Below are positions 40,362 through 49,016 of a stretch of 64,000 nt of DNA, in pieces. The notes beneath the pieces were generated by a model that was not told the DNA's origin, ran no database searches, and saw only the letters and a list, made by a program, of their open reading frames with translations. Within the stretch, counting starts at the first letter, position 1, and each line of letters begins with the position of its first letter. The DNA lies in assembly GCA_041687695.1 (NCBI GenBank), contig JAWLBL010000018.1, positions 32,001-96,000 on the forward strand, read 5' to 3'. This DNA is from Myxococcota bacterium (GTDB lineage Bacteria; Myxococcota_A; UBA9042; PHBI01; JAWLBL01). The translations under genes were made by a program, and so were the position numbers.

Positions 40362-40512
40362 CCCGCCCGCTGGGCCGCTCGCGTCCGGGTCGGCCGGCGA
40401 GAGCGGCCTCGGGTCGATAGGCTCGGGCCCCCGGTTGCGGGCGGTTCTCGAGGGCCGCCGATGCAGCCGCCGGTTCGAACGGGGGCTACCGGCCTCGGAC
40501 CGGAGCGCCGCG

Positions 40513-40680
40513 ACGGACCTCAGCCGCCTCGCCTTCCCTCACACCGACGAGCACCTCGCCATCCACGCCTCGGCCCGGGAGTTCGCGCACGACGTGGTGC
40601 GCCCCGGGGCCGCCGAGCGGGACCGCACGGGCCCTACCCGCTCCAGCACCTGCCAGCCCTTGCGGAGCTGGGGTTGCTCG
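40513..40680 (+). pseudogene. Remnant of the 5' end of an acyl-CoA dehydrogenase gene
   Basis: TDEHLAIHASAREFAHDVVRPGAAERDRTG, then a frameshift to PYPLQHLPALAELGLL, matching the ACAD N-terminal helix pattern; ACG in the start position after GGAG; no downstream domains. Confidence 0.6.
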
Positions 40681-40755
40681 CCTCCGAGACCCTGGGCCGC
40701 AGCGTCCTCGACGCTGCTCTAGCCGGCGGGCTCCTCGGGCTGCGCGCCCTCGTGG

Positions 40756-41649
40756 TCAGGCTTTGGACGCCAGCGCGTCGGCGAGCAGGTCGAAGACCAC
40801 GCGCACACGGCGGCTGGTGCGCACCTCGCGGTGGGTGGTCAGCCACATCGGGACCGGGAACGGCGGTAGGTCGGGGAGCGCACGGCGGACGGCCGGCTCA
40901 GCGTCGCCGATCGCCTCCATCATCACGCCGATGCCGGCGCCGGCCTTGACCAACGCCCACTGGACGAGGTGGTGGCCGCTCACGATGGGGAAGCTGCGCG
41001 GGTTCACGCGTAGGCCCAGCGCGTTGAGACCGTTCATGAGCACGTCCTCGTCGTCGAAGCCGAGGAAGTCGCCGCGTGAGAGCGCCTCGGGCGTCATGGG
41101 GTCGCCCAGGCGTTCGAGGTAGGTCGGCGCGGCGTAGAGCCGCGCGTAGTCGTCGCGGATCTTGCGCGCGACGAGCTCGGGGTCGCTGGGCCGGACATTG
41201 CGGACGGCGATGTCGGCCTCGCGTCGGCGCAGGTCGCTGGTCAGGTTCGAGGCGACCAGCTCGATCTCGATGCCCGGGTGGCGCTCGCGGATCCGGACGA
41301 TGATGGGCGGCAACAGGAAGGCCGAGACGACCTCGCTGGCGGTGATGGAGACCCGCCCCTCGAGCGAGAGCGCCTGCCCGGCGGCGACCCGCGACACCCG
41401 ACCGGCCGCCTCCCCCATCGCGCGCACGTGCTCGACGAGCTCGAGCCCCGTCGCGGTGAGCGCGATGCCGCGACCGACGCGCTCGACCAACGCGACGCCG
41501 AGCTCCTCCTCGAGCGCGGCGATCTGGCGCCCTACCGAGGGCTGGGACGTCCCCAGCGCCCGCGCCGCGGCCGAGAACGAGCCCTCCTCGGCGGTCACCA
41601 GCAGCGCCCGCGCTCGGTTCCAGTCGAAGCCGACGTGCCGCCAATCCAT
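40756..41649 (-). CDS. LysR-family transcriptional regulator
   Basis: FDWN..RALLVTAEEGSFSAAARALGTSQPSVGRQIAALEEELG HTH; DLRRREADIAVR. Confidence 0.95.
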   Translation of the reverse strand: MDWRHVGFDWNRARALLVTAEEGSFSAAARALGTSQPSVGRQIAALEEELGVALVERVGRGIALTATGLELVEHVRAMGEAAGRVSRVAAGQALSLEGRVSITASEVVSAFLLPPIIVRIRERHPGIEIELVASNLTSDLRRREADIAVRNVRPSDPELVARKIRDDYARLYAAPTYLERLGDPMTPEALSRGDFLGFDDEDVLMNGLNALGLRVNPRSFPIVSGHHLVQWALVKAGAGIGVMMEAIGDAEPAVRRALPDLPPFPVPMWLTTHREVRTSRRVRVVFDLLADALASKA

Positions 41650-41661
41650 GCGAGAATGCAT
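41648..41661. promoter_or_regulatory. Candidate LysR recognition site overlapping the lysR start codon
   Basis: ATGC-GAGAAT-GCAT dyad in the divergent lysR/oxidoreductase spacer. Confidence 0.4.
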
Positions 41662-41781
41662 ATCACACAGGCCCATTTGGGCAATGTTGAAAACACGCAC
41701 GCATGCCTAAGCTGTCCTCATCGAGCGGTCACGAGCTGACGCGCTCGAACTCGCCCCCCATTGCAGGCAGGAGAGACAACG

Positions 41782-42783
41782 ATGAAGGCCATCATCCAGA
41801 CCCGCTACGGTGCCCCCGACGTCCTGACCCTGGCCGAGGCCGATCGTCCCACCACGGGTGACCACGACGTGCTCGTGCAGGTCGCCGCCAGCCCGGTGAC
41901 TCAGGGCGACCGCCGCCTGCGCGCGGCCGACTTCCCGGGTATCGCCTGGCTCCCCGGACGCATGATGATGGGCCTGCTGCGCCCGAAGAATCGCGTGCCG
42001 GGCACGGTCTTCGCCGGGACGGTCGCGGCCGTCGGCGCCTCGGTGACCCGCTTCGCGCCGGGCGACACCGTGTTCGGCATGTGTTCGGCCGGCGCGCAGG
42101 CCGAGTACGTCGCCGTGGCCGAGGACGGCGTCATCGCCCGCGTCCCGGCGTGCCTGGACCTCGCCGAGGCGGCCGCCCTCCCCTATGGCGCGCTGAGCGC
42201 GCTGACCTTCCTGCGCGACCTCGGGCAGGTGCAGCCCGGGCAGCAGGTGCTGGTGGTCGGGGCCGCCGGCGGCGTCGGCCGCTACGCGGTGCAGCTCGCC
42301 CGGCATCTGGGCGCCACGGTGACCGGCGTCTGCAGCACCGCCGACGTCGCGCTGGTCCGCGGCCTCGGCGCGCACCATGTCATCGATTATCGCGACGAGG
42401 ACTTCACGGATCGGGCAGGCCGAGGCTACGACGTCATCCTCGACACGTCGGGCACCGCACGTTTTCGCACCAGCCGCCGCGTGCTGACCCCGACCGGGCG
42501 CTTCCTCTCGCTCGAGATGAGCGCGGGGCTGTTCGCACACATGGCCTGGACGGCGCTGCGCGGTGGGCAGCGGGCGATCTTCGGGATCTCGCAGCCGACC
42601 GCCGCCGACCTCGAGACCATTGGCGCGCTCGTCGACGCGGGCGCCCTGTCGCCCACCCTCGATAGCACCTTCCCACTGGCGCTCACCGCCGAGGCCCATG
42701 CGCGCGTCGAGCGTCACCGCCCGCGCGGCGAGGTCGTGGTCACGGTGGCCCCTCCGGTCGCGGCGCTGCGTGCCGCCGCGTGA
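41782..42783 (+). CDS. NAD(P)-dependent MDR-family oxidoreductase (zinc-independent, quinone-reductase-like)
   Basis: MKAI...YGAPDVL, AAALPYG, GAAGGVG, VIDY; AGGAG RBS; divergent from lysR. Confidence 0.9.
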   Translation: MKAIIQTRYGAPDVLTLAEADRPTTGDHDVLVQVAASPVTQGDRRLRAADFPGIAWLPGRMMMGLLRPKNRVPGTVFAGTVAAVGASVTRFAPGDTVFGMCSAGAQAEYVAVAEDGVIARVPACLDLAEAAALPYGALSALTFLRDLGQVQPGQQVLVVGAAGGVGRYAVQLARHLGATVTGVCSTADVALVRGLGAHHVIDYRDEDFTDRAGRGYDVILDTSGTARFRTSRRVLTPTGRFLSLEMSAGLFAHMAWTALRGGQRAIFGISQPTAADLETIGALVDAGALSPTLDSTFPLALTAEAHARVERHRPRGEVVVTVAPPVAALRAAA

Positions 42784-42828
42784 GACCGACGCTTCGAACC
42801 GCCCAAGGCAGCGTGGGCGGCTGGAGGC

Positions 42829-43584
42829 TCAGGTCCGGCGGCGGCGCAGGATGACGGCGAGCGCACCCAGCAAGGCCGCCCACGCTCCAGCCCCTCCAGC
42901 GCCCGCGCCGCAGCCTTGGGCCGAGCCGACGTCGGCCGGGCCGGTCTGCGTGACGCCGCCCTGCTCGACGGTGGGGGTCGGACCGCGGACCTCGTCGTCG
43001 TCGGAGGGCGTGTCCCCCTCGGGCGGCGCCTCGGCCGCCGCGTCGTCGCCCGGGGTGTCGCTCTCGACGGGGCCGACGTCGGCGCTGGCCGCCGCGTCCT
43101 GGTCCGTCGTGCCCATGAAGCCGTCGTCCGTCGCGCCCGCGTCTTCGCCGCTCGGCGGGACGAAGGTGGCCGGCGGCCCGCCCGCGTTGGCCGACACGCA
43201 GTCGTACCAGCCGTTGTCGGCGTCCCAGCCGCACGCCTCGCCCTCGCCGCAGGTCTGCACGGCCAGCTCGCCCCGCTCGGTGCACCACACGACGTTGTTG
43301 CCGGTCGTGCAGGCGCCCTCGGGCGGGACGTCCGCGCACGCGGTCATCGCCTTGTCGATGCAGCCGTAGCCGCCGCCGAAGGCCTCGTGCTTGGCGCAGA
43401 TCTCGTCCTCGGGGCAGGTCGCCGTCACCACGGCGCCGTTCGAGCACCACTGGACCGTCTGGCCGTCCAGGCACTTGCCGGTCTCGGGGACGCCCATACA
43501 GGCGCCCGCGTGGGCCGGCGCGGCCGCGAGGGTCAAGCCGAAGGCGAGCCCGACGCCGGCCAGGGTCTTACCGAAATTGCGCAT
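42829..43584 (-). CDS. Secreted Cys-rich protein with MYXO-CTERM-like sorting signal
   Basis: Signal peptide ..PAHA; two Cys-rich repeats (G.C..G..V.WC..G.....C...E.C); acidic linker; GC..G..TM-RRRR C-terminus. Confidence 0.75.
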   Translation of the reverse strand: MRNFGKTLAGVGLAFGLTLAAAPAHAGACMGVPETGKCLDGQTVQWCSNGAVVTATCPEDEICAKHEAFGGGYGCIDKAMTACADVPPEGACTTGNNVVWCTERGELAVQTCGEGEACGWDADNGWYDCVSANAGGPPATFVPPSGEDAGATDDGFMGTTDQDAAASADVGPVESDTPGDDAAAEAPPEGDTPSDDDEVRGPTPTVEQGGVTQTGPADVGSAQGCGAGAGGAGAWAALLGALAVILRRRRT

Positions 43585-43659
43585 GAACACCTTTGTGCCG
43601 ATCCGACGACGCGATTCGAAGTCTAGCCAGCGCGCGCCGCTGAGATCAAAAGCGCGTGC

Positions 43660-44826
43660 TCAGAGCGTGACCGCGCAGAAGGCCTCGTAGTCCACCAGCT
43701 CGGTGATGGTCCGGTGCTCGCTGCAGACGGGGCAGCGCGGATCCTTGCGGATCTTCAGCTCGCGGAAGCTCATCTTCAGGGCGTCGAAGCTGACCAGACG
43801 CCCGACCAGCGGGTCGCCGGCGCCGAGCAGGAGCTTTTGCACCTCGACGGCCTGCATGGTGCCCACGACGCCGCAGATGGCCCCCAGCACGCCCGCCTCG
43901 GCACAGCTCGGCGCCAGCTCGGGCGGCGGCGGCTCGGGGTACAGGCAGCGGTAGCACGGCCCACCGGGCGCGCCGAAGATCGTGCACTGCCCGTCGAAGT
44001 GGAAGATGGACCCGTGGACGTTGGGGATGCCCAGGAACACGCAGGCGTCGTTGATGAGGTAGCGGGTCGGGAAGTTGTCCGTCCCGTCGACGACCAGGTC
44101 GTAGTCCCGGAAGATCTCCATCACGTTCGAGCTGTCGAGGCGCGTCTGGTAGGTGCGCACCTCGACGTCGCTGTTGAGGCGCCGCAGCGTCTCCTTGGCG
44201 GACTCGACCTTGGGCACGCCGACGGTCTTCTCGTTGTGCAGGATCTGCCGCTGCAGGTTGGTCAGATCCGCCTTGTCGTTGTCGATGATGCCGATGGTGC
44301 CGATGCCCGCGGCCGCGAGGTACAGGGTCGTCGGCGAGCCCAGCCCCCCCGCGCCCACGCACAGCACCTTGGCATTGAGCAGCTTGGCCTGCCCCTCCTC
44401 GCCCACCTGCGGCAGGATCATCTGCCGCGAGTAGCGGCTCATCTGCTCGCGCGTCAGCCGCCGCGGGTGGTCCAGCGGCAGCCCCGCCCGGCTCCACGCC
44501 CCGACCCCGCCGGCCACGCTGACCACGTCCGCGTAGCCCAGCTCCTGCAGGCTCAGCGCCGCCAGCGCGCTGCGTGTCCCGCCCGCGCAGTAGATCGCCA
44601 CCGGCGCCGCCCGGTCGGGCACCAGCCCCTCGATCTTCAGCTCGACGAACCCGCGCGGGATGGTCTTGGCGCCCGGGACGATGCCGTTGTCGACCTCGTC
44701 CGGCTCGCGCACGTCGATGACCGTCAGCGCTTCGCCCGCGTCGAGCTTGGCCTTCAGATCGTGGACCGAGATCTCTCGGATGCGCGCCTTGGCCTGCGCG
44801 AGGTAGTCCTGGAACGACGTCGCCAT
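43660..44826 (-). CDS. moeB: Rhodanese-MoeB fusion (MoeB/MoeZ-type E1-like adenylyltransferase/sulfurtransferase)
   Basis: N-terminal rhodanese IDVREPDE, YCAGGTRS; RYSRQ, GAGGLGSP, NLQRQ, DGTDNF, PCYRC, SCAEAGVLG, CPVC. Confidence 0.9.
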   Translation of the reverse strand: MATSFQDYLAQAKARIREISVHDLKAKLDAGEALTVIDVREPDEVDNGIVPGAKTIPRGFVELKIEGLVPDRAAPVAIYCAGGTRSALAALSLQELGYADVVSVAGGVGAWSRAGLPLDHPRRLTREQMSRYSRQMILPQVGEEGQAKLLNAKVLCVGAGGLGSPTTLYLAAAGIGTIGIIDNDKADLTNLQRQILHNEKTVGVPKVESAKETLRRLNSDVEVRTYQTRLDSSNVMEIFRDYDLVVDGTDNFPTRYLINDACVFLGIPNVHGSIFHFDGQCTIFGAPGGPCYRCLYPEPPPPELAPSCAEAGVLGAICGVVGTMQAVEVQKLLLGAGDPLVGRLVSFDALKMSFRELKIRKDPRCPVCSEHRTITELVDYEAFCAVTL

Positions 44827-44925
44827 GGTGACCTTGCCCTCCGAATGGGGACCCACGGGGTCCGACAGGGGCAGGGAAGGTAGCCACTGGCGCGCCCCGA
44901 AGCAACCGGGCTATGGTCGCGCCCC

Positions 44926-46617
44926 ATGGACACGGCCCACCCGCAGCACCGCTACCTCCGGCCGCCGCCCTGGGCCGCCGCGCCCCCCGACCCGGCCCCG
45001 GCCGACCCCGACCGGCTCCCCCTCGACCGCCTGGCCGCCGCGCCCTCCCCCTCTCCCGCCGCCCGCGCCGCCGCCGCCGCCGTCGACCCCTTCGCCGCCC
45101 CCGACCCGGCCGCCGCCACCCTGCGCCGCGCCGTCGCCGCCGCCCGCGCCCTCCCCGCCGCCTCCGTCTTCCCGACCGCCGGCGCCCGCGACGCCCTCGC
45201 CCTCATCACCCGCACCTGGCTCCGCCCCGGCGACCGCGTCGCCGTCGCCCTCCCCGACGCCGCCCCCGCCCTGCCCCTCATCCTGGCCGCCGGCGCCGCC
45301 TACGTCGACGTCGGCCGCGACGCCGCCTTCGCCCTCCGCGACGACGCCCTGACCCGCGTCCTCGCCGACCAGCCCATCCGCATGGTCCTCCTCGGCGCCC
45401 CGCCCCTCCCCGCCGGCCCCCCTCCCTCGCCGGCCCTCCTCGCCGCCCTCGCCGCCCGCCCGCTCCTGCTCGTCCTCGACGCCTCCGCCGCCCCCTACGC
45501 CTCCGCCGCCCCCGTCGACCCCGCCTGGGTCGCCGCCCTCCCCAACGTCCTGCTCGTCGAGACCGCCACCCTCTGGGGCGGCCTCGCCGGCGCCAAGGCC
45601 GGCTGGGTCCTCGCCCACCCCGATCGCGTCGCCGACCTCTGGCGCCTGCGCCCCTCCGCCGCCCTCTCTCCCGCCGCCGAGGCCGCCGCCGCCGCCACCC
45701 TGGCCGACCCCGCCCCGGTCGCCGCCCGCGTGGCCGCCACCAACGCCGCCCGCGACGCCCTCGCCCTCGCCCTGTCCGCCCTGCCCGGCCTGCAGCTCGC
45801 CCCGGCCTCCGGGCCCGCCCTCCTGGTCCGCCGCCCCGGCGTCGACGCCCAGCCGTTGGCCGCCGCCCTGTCCGACCACGGCCTCGCCGTCGCCACCGAC
45901 CCCCACCCCGCCTGGCGCGACGGCGTCCGCCTGGCCATCCCCGCCGCCCCCCAGATCCCCCGCGTCGTCGCCGCCTTCCGCCGCGCCCTCGCCGCCCTGC
46001 CCGTCGCCCTGTGCCTGGCCCTGGCCCTGCCCTTCGCCGGTTGCCGCGACGCTCAGCCCACGGCCCCGCCGCCGGCCGCCCCCGCGCCCTCCCCCAGCGC
46101 GCCGGCCGCCCCCGCGCCCTCCCCCAAGCCGCTGGTCGCCTCGCCCCCCCAGGGCCCCGCGCCCGATCCCTCCACCATCCCGCCCGACCTCCGCAAGCGC
46201 CTCAACGCCCCGGTCGTCGTCGGCGGCTGCGGCCCCCACTGCGCCACCGCCGAGGACGCCCTCACCGGCTTCCTCGCCTCGCTGGCCGCCCCCGACGCCG
46301 GCGTCCGCCTCGCCCGCCACCTCGACACCTCGACCCTGGTCCTCGACGGCCAGCCGGTCGGCGACGCCCTGGCCGACCTCTGGCTCGCCGGCCGCCTCCC
46401 CGAACGCCAGGCCCGCGTCGACGCCCTGGTCGCCGACCTCCGCGCCTCCGCCGCCGGCGCCTCCGAGGGCGCCCTGGTCGAGGCCTCCAACCAGGCCCAC
46501 CTCGAGGCCCAGCCCAGCCGCGCCACGGCGACCGTCACCCTGCCCTCCGGCGCCACCTGGCGGGTCGCCTTGCACCGCCGCGGGCTCGAGTGGCTGGTCA
46601 AGGAAGTGAAAAGGTGA
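44926..46617 (+). CDS. HisC-like PLP-fold domain (degenerate) fused via TM/lipobox to an extracytoplasmic domain
   Basis: TAGARDAL, LRPGDRV, LLVLD...Y, PNVLLVET...GLAGAKAGW, VRLAI follow class I/II aminotransferase motif order; then RR-hydrophobic-FAGC and a Pro-rich linker. Confidence 0.6.
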   Translation: MDTAHPQHRYLRPPPWAAAPPDPAPADPDRLPLDRLAAAPSPSPAARAAAAAVDPFAAPDPAAATLRRAVAAARALPAASVFPTAGARDALALITRTWLRPGDRVAVALPDAAPALPLILAAGAAYVDVGRDAAFALRDDALTRVLADQPIRMVLLGAPPLPAGPPPSPALLAALAARPLLLVLDASAAPYASAAPVDPAWVAALPNVLLVETATLWGGLAGAKAGWVLAHPDRVADLWRLRPSAALSPAAEAAAAATLADPAPVAARVAATNAARDALALALSALPGLQLAPASGPALLVRRPGVDAQPLAAALSDHGLAVATDPHPAWRDGVRLAIPAAPQIPRVVAAFRRALAALPVALCLALALPFAGCRDAQPTAPPPAAPAPSPSAPAAPAPSPKPLVASPPQGPAPDPSTIPPDLRKRLNAPVVVGGCGPHCATAEDALTGFLASLAAPDAGVRLARHLDTSTLVLDGQPVGDALADLWLAGRLPERQARVDALVADLRASAAGASEGALVEASNQAHLEAQPSRATATVTLPSGATWRVALHRRGLEWLVKEVKR

Positions 46618-46690
46618 AAAGGGGTCAGGTCTAATCATTTGTCATTTTCCGGCACGGAAAATGACAAATGATTAGACCTGACCCCTTTTC
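46616..46690. repeat. Perfect 36-bp inverted repeat (REPIN-like; likely also a bidirectional terminator)
   Basis: GAAAAGGGGTCAGGTCTAATCATTTGTCATTTTCCG-gca-CGGAAAATGACAAATGATTAGACCTGACCCCTTTTC, AT-rich, fills the gap between convergent genes. Confidence 0.9.
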
Positions 46691-46695
46691 TTCTT

Positions 46696-48075
46696 CTACT
46701 TGCCGATACAGAACGCCGCGAAGAGCCGGTCCAGCACGTCCTCGATGGTGGTCAGCCCGACCAGCTCGGCCAGCGCGTCGGTGGCTTCCTGCACGTCGAC
46801 CGCCACCAGCTCGGGCGGCAGCCCCTGCACCAGCCCCTCGGCCGCCCGCGCCAGCGCCTCGGCCGCCGTCGTCAGCGCCACCCGGTGCCGCTCCCGCGCG
46901 ATGGTCAGCCCGCCTCCGCCCGCCGCCGCCCCGCCCAGCGCCCGCACCATCGCCTCGCGCAGCGCCTCCAGCCCTTCGCCGCTCACCGCGCTGACCCGCA
47001 CCCCGCCCGGCGCGGTCCTCGCCCCGGGCAGGTCCGCCTTGGTCGTCACCAGCACCGTCGGCACGTCCGCCGGCAGCCCCGCCCGCAACCCCTCGGCCTC
47101 CGCCGCCGCGTCGCCCTCCCCCGACCCGTCCAGCACGACCAGCACCAGCTCGGCCTGCGCCGCCTGCCGGTGCGTCCGCTCGACCCCCGCCGCCTCGACC
47201 ACGTCCAGCGCCTCGCGCACCCCGGCCGTGTCCACCACGACCACCGGCACGCCCAGCACGTCGACCGCCTCCTCCAGCGTGTCCCGCGTCGTCCCCGGCA
47301 GCGCCGTCACGATGGCCCGGTCCGCCCCGCACAGCGCGTTGAACAGGCTGCTCTTGCCCGCGTTCGGCGCCCCCAGCAGCACCACTCGCGCCCCGTCGCG
47401 CAGCAGGTGCCCGCGCCGCCAGGTCCCCGCCAGCCCCGCCAGCTCGGCCCCCAGCGCCCGCGCCTCGGCCGCCAGCCCCGCCGGGTCCATCAGCGGCACG
47501 TCCTCCTCGACGAAGTCGATGTTCACCTCCAGCCGCGCCCGCAGCCCCAGCAGCCGCTCGCGCGCCCCCATCGCCGCCTCGTACAGCGCCCCGCGCAGGT
47601 GCTCGCGCGCCAGCCGCAGCGCCCGCTCCGTCTGCGCCGTCACCATGTCGGCGATGGCCTCGGCCCGCGTGAGATCGATGCGCCCGTTCAGGAACGCCCG
47701 CCGCGTGAACTCGCCCGCCTCGGCCAGCCGCGCGCCCGCCTCCAGGCACACCGCCAGGCACTGCCGCAGGTTCAGCGCCCCCCCGTGCACGTGCAGCTCG
47801 ACCACGTCCTCGCCCGTGAACGAGCGCGGCCCCGGCATCACGACCAGCAGCCCCTCGTCCAGCGCGCGCCCGGCCGCGTCGCGCCACCACCCGTGGTACA
47901 GCCGCCGTGCCTCGACCCGCCGCGGCAGCCCGCGGAAGTGTCGCCGCGCGATGGCCACCGCCTCGGGCCCGCTCATCCGCACGATCCCGACCCCGCCACC
48001 GGCCGCGCTGGCGACCGCCGCGATGGTGTCTACCCCCTGCTCCGAACCCTGCTCCGACCCGCGCGATGGTTTCAT
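46696..48075 (-). CDS. mnmE: tRNA modification GTPase MnmE/TrmE
   Basis: DTIAAVAS, GIVRMSG, PRSFTGEDVVELHVHG, GEFTRRAFLNG, GAPNAGKSS, PGTTRD, DTAG, C-terminal FCIGK. Confidence 0.96.
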   Translation of the reverse strand: MKPSRGSEQGSEQGVDTIAAVASAAGGGVGIVRMSGPEAVAIARRHFRGLPRRVEARRLYHGWWRDAAGRALDEGLLVVMPGPRSFTGEDVVELHVHGGALNLRQCLAVCLEAGARLAEAGEFTRRAFLNGRIDLTRAEAIADMVTAQTERALRLAREHLRGALYEAAMGARERLLGLRARLEVNIDFVEEDVPLMDPAGLAAEARALGAELAGLAGTWRRGHLLRDGARVVLLGAPNAGKSSLFNALCGADRAIVTALPGTTRDTLEEAVDVLGVPVVVVDTAGVREALDVVEAAGVERTHRQAAQAELVLVVLDGSGEGDAAAEAEGLRAGLPADVPTVLVTTKADLPGARTAPGGVRVSAVSGEGLEALREAMVRALGGAAAGGGGLTIARERHRVALTTAAEALARAAEGLVQGLPPELVAVDVQEATDALAELVGLTTIEDVLDRLFAAFCIGK

Positions 48076-48111
48076 GGCGCGCCAACCTAGCACCAAGTAG
48101 ACTCTGCCGGC

Positions 48112-48681
48112 ATGGACAACCGGGGCGAAGAGCTGTTCGACGACGCGCTGGACGCCCTCGACGAGGGCGCGCTGGTCAAGGCCTGCCGCCTGCTCGAGCA
48201 GGTCGTCGCCCTGGACCCCACGGACGTCGAGGCGGCCAACCTGCTGGCCCGCACCTACCGCGACCGCGAGCAGCCCGAGGTCGCCGAGCGCACCCTGGCG
48301 CGGCTGTGCGAGGTCGTCGTCGACGACGTGCCGAGCCTCATCGAGTTGGCCGACGTGCGCCTGGCGCTGGGCGACCCGCGTGGGGCCTCGGTGCCCATCC
48401 GGCGGGCCCTGATGCTGCAGCCCAACAACGCCGAGGTGCTGTCGCTGTTGGGCAACGCCTTCCAGGATCTGGGCCACCGTGACGAGGCCGCGCGCGCCTA
48501 CCAGGCCAGCCTCGACTCCAACCCCTTCGCGGGCGAGGTCTGGTACAACCTGGCGCTGGTCCACGACCAGCGCGGCGACACGATGGCCGCCGCCCAGGCG
48601 TGGCGTTCGTTCCTCAGCTGCGGCCCGGACGACGAGGACCGGGCCTTCGCTCTGGCCGAGCTGGCGCGACTAGAAAGCTAG
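48112..48681 (+). CDS. TPR-repeat protein
   Basis: Tandem 34-aa-type repeats (LDPTDVEA..LLA, QPNNAEV...LG, NPF..EVWYNLA). Confidence 0.8.
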   Translation: MDNRGEELFDDALDALDEGALVKACRLLEQVVALDPTDVEAANLLARTYRDREQPEVAERTLARLCEVVVDDVPSLIELADVRLALGDPRGASVPIRRALMLQPNNAEVLSLLGNAFQDLGHRDEAARAYQASLDSNPFAGEVWYNLALVHDQRGDTMAAAQAWRSFLSCGPDDEDRAFALAELARLES

Positions 48682-48974
48682 CCCTCGTCGCTGGCCTCGA
48701 GCCAGCGGGTCAGCACCTCGACCAGCTGCCGCGCCTGATCGTCGCTCGAGATGTTGAACTTGGCCTGCTGGCGGTAGACCCCGTCGCGCTTCTGGTAGCG
48801 GCGGATGGTGTACTTGGACTTGCTCATCTCTTCTTTGCGGCGATCCCACTCGCGGTACTTGAAGAGGATGGTGGTCCACGAGCCCTTCGAAAGGATGGCC
48901 TTGTCTAGCTCCTCGACCAGGACCTGGCCGCCCTCTTCATAGGTGACGGACAGATCTTCGGCGTTCTCGACCAT
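48678..48974 (-). CDS. Small hypothetical protein
   Basis: 98-aa ORF with AGGA RBS, good codon bias and a globular basic/aromatic composition. Confidence 0.7.
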   Translation of the reverse strand: MVENAEDLSVTYEEGGQVLVEELDKAILSKGSWTTILFKYREWDRRKEEMSKSKYTIRRYQKRDGVYRQQAKFNISSDDQARQLVEVLTRWLEASDEG

Positions 48975-49016
48975 GTGCTGGGGTCCTGTCGGCAGGTGGG
49001 GCCCTGAGGGCCAGGG

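Noticed and set aside
46696..48564. N-terminally extended MnmE (622 aa)
   Set aside because: The extension is antisense to the TPR gene; MnmE similarity starts at DTIAAVAS, just after ATG 48075.
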